The notes under the pieces were generated by a model that was not told the DNA's origin, did not search any database, and worked only from the letters and a program-made list of their open reading frames with translations. From an uncultured Ignavibacteriaceae bacterium (lineage in GTDB: Bacteria > Bacteroidota > Ignavibacteria > UBA10030), in the NCBI GenBank assembly GCA_964581115.1, contig CAZOMY010000001.1, positions 325,190-389,189 on the forward strand: DNA of 64,000 nt, read 5' to 3'. Below, piece after piece: positions 20,034 through 28,099 of this stretch (its first letter is position 1; the number at the start of each line of letters is the position of its first letter). The position numbers and the translations under genes were made by a program.

Positions 20034-20444
20034 TCATTTCTTCTTCTTCAACTTGTCGGCGAACAGCTGTGCCACTTTCTCGATATCGTATCCGACCTTG
20101 GGAAGATAGAACCCGCCGTGCTTTTCAACCATCGCCTTGAGTGTATCGTACGCGTCGGCACTGCAGAAGAAGGTGGGCGTTCCCCGGTTGGGCCCCTCCT
20201 TCTTGGCCAGTTGCAGCAGCGCAATGCCGGGAAGGTGGCCCTTGAGGTTCGTATCCTTGAAGTCGTTGTCCAGTATGATCAGGTCGAACGACTCCGACTT
20301 GATCTTGGCCCATGTCTCGACGCTGGTGGCCGTCTCAACGATGGCGATCTCATCTTCGATGATCGCCGTCGCCACCTCGAGCGCGAAGCCGTGAGATTTG
20401 CGCTGGCCTTCGTCGTCGTCGGCGATGAGTACTTTGTAGGGCAT
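20034..20444 (-). CDS. Single-domain response regulator (CheY-like receiver) with a lysine-rich tail
   Basis: 136 aa. MPYKVLIADDDE holds the acidic pocket. A phospho-acceptor-like D is present in LIILDNDF. A conserved K region is present. It ends in KLKKKK. No output domain follows the receiver. Confidence 0.8.
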   Translation of the reverse strand: MPYKVLIADDDEGQRKSHGFALEVATAIIEDEIAIVETATSVETWAKIKSESFDLIILDNDFKDTNLKGHLPGIALLQLAKKEGPNRGTPTFFCSADAYDTLKAMVEKHGGFYLPKVGYDIEKVAQLFADKLKKKK

Positions 20445-20544
20445 GGTCGCTGGTGCGTCGGGACGGACGGAATGAACCTACGAGAAAATACGGGCAAATA
20501 CAAACTGACCGCCTGTTCGCGTCGATGACAGACGTGCAACGCGT

Positions 20545-22293
20545 TCACGGCTTGGCGTAGACCCTGCGGCCACCGATGTAGGTCGACTCGACCTTCGTGT
20601 CGAGGATGCGCTGGGGCGTCCTCTCGTCAAACGCATCCGACAGCACGATGAAATCGGCAAGTTTTCCGGCCGTGAGACTTCCCTTCTGCGACTCCTCGAA
20701 CGCCGCGGTGGCTGCCCACGTCGTATAGCCCTTGAGCACCTCGGCCAGTGTCATGCGCTCGCCCGCGTACCAGCCTCCGTCGAACACCGATGGATCGACG
20801 ATCCCCGCGTCGGACAGCTCGAAACGTTCGCTCGTCAGGTCGGCCGCCGAGCGCGGCTTTCCTTCGGCATCGCGGCGGGTGATCGCTGCGTAGACCCCCA
20901 GTAGGGGATTCGGGTACTCGACCGGAAAATCGGAACCGCACGGAATGATGACGCCGGTCGAGAGGAGCGACCTCCACGCATAGGCGCCTTTGGACCGCCG
21001 GTGGCCGAGCCGGGCCTCTGCCCAGTACATGTCGGAGGTGCAATGCGTCGGCTGCATGGAAGGCAGTACGCGCAGCTTCGCAAACCTCCCGATATCGTCG
21101 GGATGCAGCACCTGGGCATGCTCGACCCGCAGGCGGTGGTCTCGTGCCCCCGTCGCATTGATCGCCCGCTCATAGACGTTGAGCACGATCGAGTTGGCGC
21201 GGTCGCCGATGGCATGCGTGCAGACCTGGAACCCATGCTGCAACGCTTCGGTCACCGAAACGGTCAATTCCTGCTCGTTCGTGACCGTCAGTCCTCGATT
21301 CGCCGGATCGTCGGCATACGGCTCGATCAATGCCGCTCCGCGAGACCCGAGTGCGCCGTCGGCGTACAACTTGAGCGCGCGGACCGTCAGACGGCTGCGC
21401 CCGAAGCCGATGAGCGGACCCTCGACCTTGAAGCGCTCCCAGGTCGGTCCAGGTCCTCCAATCGCGGCATAGATTCGCATCTGAAGACGGTCCGATTCGA
21501 TGAGCCGGCGGTAGGCCGCAAGGTCGGTCGAGTCCACTCCCATGTCATGCACGCCGGTCAGGCCGAGCGAAAGGCATTCCTGCTGTGCCGTCAGGATCGC
21601 CTCTTCGAGCTCAGCATCGCTCGGAGGCGGCACGTGTAGGGCGACAAGCGACTCTGCGTTGTCGATAAGGACGCCCGTCGGGTTGCCTTGCGCATCTCGG
21701 ACGATCTTCCCGCCATCCGGGTCGGGCGTGGCCCGAGTGATCCCCGCGATCTCGAGTGCCCGCTTGTTCACCCAAAGCGCATGGCCATCGATCCGGCTGA
21801 GGACGACCGGATGGTCGGAGGCGATCTTGTCGAGCGTTCGGTGGTGCGGGAAGGCCCTAGTCGGCCACAGGTTCTGGTTCCATCCGCGCCCTCGGATCCA
21901 TTGCCCCTTCGAAGAGCGCCGGACGCGTTCCGCCACCCGCTCGGCCGCAGCCTCAGCGCTCGGAGCCCCGACGAGGTCTACCGTCATCCGGGCGATGCCG
22001 AGCGAAATGAAATGCGCATGCGCATCGATCAGCCCGGGAAGCACGGTCTTCCCCTGCAGGTCCACTACACTCGGCGCGGTGAACCGGCGACGGATCTCGG
22101 TGGTCGTACCGACGCCGACAATGCGGTCACCGACAATGGCCAAGGCCTCGGCATCAGGCTGTTCGTCGTCCATGGTCAGCAGACGACCGTTCATGTAGAT
22201 AGCGTCGGCCTCTTGTGGTATCCACCACCAGACAGCAACCGCGACGAGCAAGAGTGCGATGAGAAGAACGACAATGCGGGATCGGTTGTTCAT
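20545..22293 (-). CDS. Amidohydrolase-family (Amidohydro_3-like) metal-dependent hydrolase with an N-terminal membrane anchor
   Basis: 582 aa. The N-terminal TM is IVVLLIALLLVAVAVWWW. The first metal-binding strand is the HxH motif LPGLIDAHAHF. The later HAIGDRA/HCT regions are typical of the amidohydrolase 3 family. Confidence 0.8.
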   Translation of the reverse strand: MNNRSRIVVLLIALLLVAVAVWWWIPQEADAIYMNGRLLTMDDEQPDAEALAIVGDRIVGVGTTTEIRRRFTAPSVVDLQGKTVLPGLIDAHAHFISLGIARMTVDLVGAPSAEAAAERVAERVRRSSKGQWIRGRGWNQNLWPTRAFPHHRTLDKIASDHPVVLSRIDGHALWVNKRALEIAGITRATPDPDGGKIVRDAQGNPTGVLIDNAESLVALHVPPPSDAELEEAILTAQQECLSLGLTGVHDMGVDSTDLAAYRRLIESDRLQMRIYAAIGGPGPTWERFKVEGPLIGFGRSRLTVRALKLYADGALGSRGAALIEPYADDPANRGLTVTNEQELTVSVTEALQHGFQVCTHAIGDRANSIVLNVYERAINATGARDHRLRVEHAQVLHPDDIGRFAKLRVLPSMQPTHCTSDMYWAEARLGHRRSKGAYAWRSLLSTGVIIPCGSDFPVEYPNPLLGVYAAITRRDAEGKPRSAADLTSERFELSDAGIVDPSVFDGGWYAGERMTLAEVLKGYTTWAATAAFEESQKGSLTAGKLADFIVLSDAFDERTPQRILDTKVESTYIGGRRVYAKP

Positions 22294-22347
22294 GACAGGT
22301 CGGTCGGAGTTGTGGTTTCCATGGCTACCCCCAGGTGGGCCTTTGAC

Positions 22348-24099
22348 TCACGCAATAAGGCGGATGCGGCCGACTCGACGGTTCAACCACCACGCAGCAA
22401 CAACGACAACCCCACCGAAGAGGGTCGCCCTCCACGCGTCGCCCAGAATGAGCGAACCGACACCGAACAACGCCCCATAGATCAAGACGACGCCGGCGAT
22501 CCAGCTCGACAGGAGGATGCCGTGATCTCGGTCGCCTTGCACGTCCGGCGCCAGCGCCTGGATCCGCTTCCACCCGGCCCCTCCGGGATGGACCCGGCGG
22601 TAGAATGCCAGCAGGTGTCGGTCGTCCACGGGTCGCGTGGCGAGCGTGACCGCCAGCCATACAGCCGTGGTAATGCCGACGATCACGAACAGGGATCCCG
22701 GGAACGCCATCGGCCACCAAAGCTTCAAGGCCCCAGTCACGACCAGCGGCGAGATCATCGCGGCGATCTCCGACCATGCGTTGATGCGCCACCAGAACCA
22801 ACGCAGAATAAGCACGAGTCCAAGACCGGCGCCCGCTTCGATGATAAATGACCACGCTCCCGAGATCGTGTCGATGACCTGCGTCACGACCACCGAGACG
22901 GCCATAATAACGAGCGTCGTGATGCGAGACACGGCGACGAGGTTGCGTTCAGTTGCATCGGGCCGCATGAACCGCTTGTAAAGGTCGTTGATGACATATG
23001 ATGCCCCCCAGTTCAACTGCGTTGCCAACGTGGACATGTACGCGGCGAAGAAGGAAGCCACCAGCAGGCCCTTCAGCCCCGTCGGCAGGAAGTCGCGCAT
23101 CGCATAGACGTATCCGAGCTTCTTGTCGGCGGGTGCGAGGTCAGGGTACAGGATCAAGGTCGCCAAGCCGACCAGGATCCAGGGCCACGGACGAACGCAG
23201 TAGTGGGCGATCGTGAACCAGAGCGTCGCGAACAGAGAGTGCCTTTCATCTTTCGCCGCCATCATGCGCTGGGCAATGTAGCCGCCGCCGCCAGGTTCGG
23301 CTCCCGGGTACCACGAAGCCCACCATTGGACGCCAATGAAGGCAATGAACGCCCCCGCACTCAAGGCCATGGCGCCCGCAACTCCTTCCTGCAATCCCAC
23401 GTCGGAAATGGAGGGCGTAAAGGCGAAGGCCCAATCGGGCAGTTGTCGCGTCAGTCCGTCGATCCCCCCGACCTGGGGAAGGTCAAGGACAATGACAGCC
23501 AGAACGATCGTGCCGGTCATGGCGAGAATGAACTGGATCGCGTCGGTCACGGCCACGCCCCACATGCCCGATGTCGCCGAGTAAACGGCGGTGATGAGCA
23601 TCGCACCGACGACGTACCAGATCACCTCCGTACGGGGAATCCCGAACATCCCTTCGATGATGGCAGCCATGGCAACGTTCACCCAGGCCATGATGACACA
23701 ATTCATGAAGATGCCCAGGTAAAGCGAACGAAAGCCTCGAAGGAAGGCCGCGGGCTTTCCAGTGTAGCGCAGTTCGGCGAATTCGACGTCGGTGAGGATA
23801 CCGGCCCGACGCCACAATCGTGCAAAGAAGAAGACAGTAAGGACCGAGCCGACGACGAAGTTCCACCAGAGCCAGTTGCCCGCAATGCCGTTGCGAGCGA
23901 CAAGCTCTGTGACGGCCAGCGGAGTATCCGCTGCGAAGGTCGTGGCGACCATGGATGTACCGGCCAGCCACCACGGAAGATTCCTCCCTGAAAGGAAGAA
24001 TTCATGGATATCTTTGCCCGCGCGCCGGGCATAGTAGAGACCGATCGCAGCGCTCAGGATAAAATACACGGCGAGGATCGTCCAATCGATGATATGCAT
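22348..24099 (-). CDS. Sodium:solute symporter (SSF) family transporter
   Basis: ~583 aa with ~13 TM segments. The N-terminus MHIIDWTILAVYFILSAAIGLYYARRAGKDIHEFFLSGRNLPWWLAG is the classic SSF start. The ATG at 24099 was verified. The ORF extends upstream to 24186. Confidence 0.85.
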   Translation of the reverse strand: MHIIDWTILAVYFILSAAIGLYYARRAGKDIHEFFLSGRNLPWWLAGTSMVATTFAADTPLAVTELVARNGIAGNWLWWNFVVGSVLTVFFFARLWRRAGILTDVEFAELRYTGKPAAFLRGFRSLYLGIFMNCVIMAWVNVAMAAIIEGMFGIPRTEVIWYVVGAMLITAVYSATSGMWGVAVTDAIQFILAMTGTIVLAVIVLDLPQVGGIDGLTRQLPDWAFAFTPSISDVGLQEGVAGAMALSAGAFIAFIGVQWWASWYPGAEPGGGGYIAQRMMAAKDERHSLFATLWFTIAHYCVRPWPWILVGLATLILYPDLAPADKKLGYVYAMRDFLPTGLKGLLVASFFAAYMSTLATQLNWGASYVINDLYKRFMRPDATERNLVAVSRITTLVIMAVSVVVTQVIDTISGAWSFIIEAGAGLGLVLILRWFWWRINAWSEIAAMISPLVVTGALKLWWPMAFPGSLFVIVGITTAVWLAVTLATRPVDDRHLLAFYRRVHPGGAGWKRIQALAPDVQGDRDHGILLSSWIAGVVLIYGALFGVGSLILGDAWRATLFGGVVVVAAWWLNRRVGRIRLIA

Positions 24100-24299
24100 G
24101 ACAGTATGCTGATTCGTCAGGGCGGATCGAACAGGAGGGTGCGGGGGCGAGCTTGGGCGTGCCGTCGGCGACGGCAGAATGTACATGATGGCCCCCCAAC
24201 AAGCAATGCGTGATTCTTCTCACGTTCTTTCTTGCCGATCAGCCATGAATTCCTTATCTTCCACACACTTTTTCCCAAGTTCCGTCATCCACTGACAAA
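24100..24299. promoter_or_regulatory. Divergent promoter region between the symporter gene (minus) and the GH38 gene (plus)
   Basis: A 200-bp noncoding, relatively AT-richer spacer lies between two divergently oriented starts. Individual -35/-10 or -33/-7 elements were not confidently assigned. Confidence 0.35.
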
Positions 24300-27200
24300 A
24301 TGGCAATCGAACTCCTCGATCAGATCCTTGGCCATGTAAGGAATGCGATCCATCGGCAGCGTTATCCCCTGCTCGATTGGCGCATGAAGGAAGGGATCAT
24401 TCCGGGTGCGGAGCGTCCCGACTTCAAGGAAAAGGGATGGACCGATATTCGCGTGCCATTCGAATGGGGACGGTATGACAAGACGGTCTGGTTTCGGAGC
24501 GTATGGACCGTTCCGGAGGGCTCGACCGGCAGGACGGTGGGCGTCCGTCTCTCGTTCCCGGAGGCCCAACTGTACGTGAACGGCGAGCCGTTTCACGGCC
24601 TCGACACGAATCACTGCGAAGTGATCCTTACGGAGAGGGCGAGGCGGAATCAACGTTTTCAGCTTGCGGTTGAAGCCTACAGCGGACGGACCGAACAGCA
24701 CCACCAGTTCTCCGTTGCCGAATGCGTCGAAATTGATACAACGGCGCGCACGCTCTATTACGGGTTGAAGTTGCTGCAGGAGCTGACGAAGACCCTTGAT
24801 CATTCGAGCGAAGAATTCGCCGCTGTCAAGGAACTCATCCGCCGGACGCTGATCTACCTCAAGTACTTCGCCCCTGACGGCGAGGAGTATCCCAACGCCA
24901 TCGGCCGCGCGCTCCAATTCCTTCGCTCGGCCATTGGCACGGAGTTCCGGACGTCTGTTCCGGGACTCATTCATCTCGCGGGCCAGTCGCACATCGACGT
25001 CGTCTGGCTCTGGAAGCTTGCGGAAACGGAACGGAAGAACGGACGAACCTTCTCGACGGTCCTGCGCCTGCTGGAGCAGCACCCCGCCTTCTCGTATTCC
25101 CAGAGCCAGCCATTCCTGTATCATCAGGTAAAGCGGCGAACACCGCGCTTGTTCAACGAGATCAAGACGCACGTCGCTTCCGGTCGGTGGGAAGCGGTCG
25201 GTCCCATGTGGGTGGAACCCGACTGCAACATCCCATCGGGTGAATCGCTCGTGCGTCAGCTGATCCACGGCAGTCGCTTCTACCGACAGGAGTTCGACCG
25301 CTCCTCTGAAGTGCTGTGGCTTCCCGACACTTTCGGGTACAGCTGGGCGCTTCCGCAGATCCTGAAGAAGTCGGGCGTGCCCTACTTCTTTACAACCAAG
25401 TTGCGCTGGAACGATACGACTGTCTTTCCGCACACGTCGTTCTGGTGGCAGGGGATCGACGGATCGCGCGTGCTCGCGCACATTCCGCCGCTCGGACTGG
25501 AAGCGCTTGTGACGCCGAAGGATCTGATCAGGACCGCCAAGGAGTTCGGCGACGATCCCGATCCGCGGCCCGTGATGCAAACCTTCGGCTACGGCGACGG
25601 CGGCGGCGGACCGACCACCGAACAGGTGGAGACGGCGCAGTTCCTGACGTCCATGCCAGGATTGCCGATGGCCCAGATGTCGACTCCCACGACCTTCTTC
25701 AAGGACCTCGAAACGCGGGCCGACGGGCTGCCGGTCTGGGAAAAAGAGTTGTATCTCGAAAAGCACCGAGGCACGTACACGACGCACGCGCGCGTGAAGA
25801 AGCTGCACCGACAAGCCGAGCGCGCGATGTATCTCGCGGAATTGACGGCCGTTTTGCGTTCGACGCTCCCCGGCATTGCGCCGGTGCCGTACCCGACCAA
25901 AGAGCTTGACGCCCTGTGGAAGTCGCTGCTGACGAACCAGTTCCACGACATCGTCCCCGGTACGGCGATCAAGGAGGCCATGGACGAGGCCACCGCCGAT
26001 CTCGAACGCATCACCACGAGCGCTACGGCCATGACGCTCAAGGCGCTTGGCGGTCTGATGGAGAAGCGCTCGGCAAAGGGACCTTCGACCTTCACGGCCT
26101 TCAACCCGCTCGCCTTCCATCGCTCAGCCTACGTCGAAGTTGACGTCGTCGGCTCCGCCCCGCACTGGACCGTCCGGTCGGCCTCGGGCGAGCAGCTTGA
26201 GTCGCAGGTCTTGGAACGCGCAAAGTCGCACGTGCGCCTCCTTGTCCATCTGCCTCACATCGCCCCATTGGGAGCCGTGGCATTTGTCGTCTCGCCGTCG
26301 GAAGAGCCGACGCAACCGACGGTCAACGGTTGGAAGTTCGCCCTGAAGACCGTCGAGACACCGCGATTGCGTTTGCGGTTTGACAACAAAGGTGGCATCA
26401 GCTCGATCTACGACAAGACCGCACGTCGTGAGTTCGTCCAAAAAGGCAAGAGGGCGAATGCCCTCATGACGGCCCGGGACCTTCCGAAAGAATGGGAGGC
26501 CTGGGACCTCGAAGGGGACTTCGACCGGCGACGGACCGACCTCTTCGCCTTCAAAGGGGCGAAGGTCGTCGAACAGGGCCCGCTACGTGCAACGATCCGG
26601 CACGAGTACCGTACCGAGAACGGCTCGGTGATCGCGCAATCGATCCGACTCTATCATCGCTCTCCGAGGATTGAAGTCGAGAATCACGTCAAGTGGAAGG
26701 AGCAGCACACGATGCTGAAAGTGGCCTTCCCCGTCGCCGCGAAGGCCACCTCGGCCACCTACGAGATCCAGTTCGGAGCCGTCGAACGCGCATCACGTTC
26801 GAAAGACCCGGCCGAGAAGGCAAAGTTCGAAGTGCCCGCTCAACAATGGGCCGCCGTCGGCGACGGCAAGACGGGTGTGGCGATCTTGAACGATTCGAAG
26901 TACGGCTACGACTGCCGGGACAATCATTTGCGGTTGACGCTACTTCGGTCTCCCAGATTTCCTCACCCTGTAACGCCTCACAATCAGACCGACACGCACT
27001 GGACGGACATCGGCGAGCATGATTTCACCTACGCCTTCTTCCCCTTTTCCGGAGACTGGCGGTCGGCGGGCATCACGGCCGAGGCCCGAGGGTTGAACGT
27101 CCCGGTCATCGTCCTGCCCGGGACGCCGGCCAGGGCGATCCCCTCGTTCGCGAGCCTCAACAAGCCGACGATCGTGCTTTCGGCCCTGAAGGGGGCCGAA

Positions 27201-27419
27201 GACGGCGACGGCATCGTGATGCGCTTGTACGAATCGACGGGCGTCGCGACCGATGCCACGGTCACATTTGGACGCTCCCCGTCCCAATGCGAAGAGACCG
27301 ACCTGCTCGAGCGTCCCACGAAGGACCTTCCGGTGAAGTCGGGAAAGCTCCCACTGCGATTCAAGCCTTTCGAGATCAAGACGGTTCGAGTACGATTCGC
27401 CGGTCGGAAGAAGAAGTGA
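24300..27419 (+). CDS. Glycoside hydrolase family 38 alpha-mannosidase
   Basis: 1039 aa. The GH38 N-terminal catalytic region has GQSHIDVVWLW and the later WLPDTFGYS. The central and C-terminal beta-sandwich domains are of a length typical for bacterial GH38 enzymes. The ATG was verified. Confidence 0.88.
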   Translation: MAIELLDQILGHVRNAIHRQRYPLLDWRMKEGIIPGAERPDFKEKGWTDIRVPFEWGRYDKTVWFRSVWTVPEGSTGRTVGVRLSFPEAQLYVNGEPFHGLDTNHCEVILTERARRNQRFQLAVEAYSGRTEQHHQFSVAECVEIDTTARTLYYGLKLLQELTKTLDHSSEEFAAVKELIRRTLIYLKYFAPDGEEYPNAIGRALQFLRSAIGTEFRTSVPGLIHLAGQSHIDVVWLWKLAETERKNGRTFSTVLRLLEQHPAFSYSQSQPFLYHQVKRRTPRLFNEIKTHVASGRWEAVGPMWVEPDCNIPSGESLVRQLIHGSRFYRQEFDRSSEVLWLPDTFGYSWALPQILKKSGVPYFFTTKLRWNDTTVFPHTSFWWQGIDGSRVLAHIPPLGLEALVTPKDLIRTAKEFGDDPDPRPVMQTFGYGDGGGGPTTEQVETAQFLTSMPGLPMAQMSTPTTFFKDLETRADGLPVWEKELYLEKHRGTYTTHARVKKLHRQAERAMYLAELTAVLRSTLPGIAPVPYPTKELDALWKSLLTNQFHDIVPGTAIKEAMDEATADLERITTSATAMTLKALGGLMEKRSAKGPSTFTAFNPLAFHRSAYVEVDVVGSAPHWTVRSASGEQLESQVLERAKSHVRLLVHLPHIAPLGAVAFVVSPSEEPTQPTVNGWKFALKTVETPRLRLRFDNKGGISSIYDKTARREFVQKGKRANALMTARDLPKEWEAWDLEGDFDRRRTDLFAFKGAKVVEQGPLRATIRHEYRTENGSVIAQSIRLYHRSPRIEVENHVKWKEQHTMLKVAFPVAAKATSATYEIQFGAVERASRSKDPAEKAKFEVPAQQWAAVGDGKTGVAILNDSKYGYDCRDNHLRLTLLRSPRFPHPVTPHNQTDTHWTDIGEHDFTYAFFPFSGDWRSAGITAEARGLNVPVIVLPGTPARAIPSFASLNKPTIVLSALKGAEDGDGIVMRLYESTGVATDATVTFGRSPSQCEETDLLERPTKDLPVKSGKLPLRFKPFEIKTVRVRFAGRKKK

Positions 27420-28099
27420 CCCCCGCCCCCTTGATCCCCCGCGGCCTTGTGGTCTCCTGCCAGGCCGAAGAGGGAAGTCCGTTCAACGCCCCGGATTTTA
27501 TCGTTGCTTTCGCCCGAGCGGCTGAGTTGGGCGGGGCTGTGGCCGTTCGACTGCGCGACGTCGAGAATGTCGCCGCGGTCCGATCGCGCATCTCCATCCC
27601 GATCATCGCCTTGACGAAGGGTTCGTTCGCCGACGGCAGCGTGCTCATCACTCCCGACGAGAGCGACGTGGCACGGCTTTTCGATGCCGGAGCCGACATG
27701 GTGGCCCTCGACGTGACGGACCGCACCGGCCCGGACGGTCGACACCGACTGGAGACGTTCCGGCGTGTGCGGGCGGATTTCCGCCGGCCCTTGATGGCAG
27801 ACATTGCGACGTACGAGGAAGGGATCAAGGCCGCCGAGGCAGGAGCCGACGTGGTGGGGACCACATTGTCGGGTTACACTCCGTCAACGGCGAAGGCGAG
27901 AAGGGATGTTCCCGACTTCGAGCTGATCGAACGGCTGGCCAAGGCGCTGCCGGGAAAGGTGGTGGCGGAGGGAAGGATCTGGACGCCCGAGCAAGCGGCG
28001 CTGGCGTTTCGTTTGGGTGCGGCGTCCGTCGTGGTGGGAACCGCCATCACGCGGCCCGTGGACATCGTGCGGCGCTTTGTTTCAGCGCTCAACCGCTGA
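27416..28099 (+). CDS. nanE: Putative N-acetylmannosamine-6-phosphate 2-epimerase (NanE family)
   Basis: VVSCQAEEGSPFNAP...VAVRL...IPIIALTK matches the NanE pattern (LIVSCQAL..EPL). The start was chosen at GTG 27416, which overlaps the GH38 TGA (GTGA). No in-frame ATG precedes the conserved N-terminus. Confidence 0.8.
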   Translation: MTPAPLIPRGLVVSCQAEEGSPFNAPDFIVAFARAAELGGAVAVRLRDVENVAAVRSRISIPIIALTKGSFADGSVLITPDESDVARLFDAGADMVALDVTDRTGPDGRHRLETFRRVRADFRRPLMADIATYEEGIKAAEAGADVVGTTLSGYTPSTAKARRDVPDFELIERLAKALPGKVVAEGRIWTPEQAALAFRLGAASVVVGTAITRPVDIVRRFVSALNR

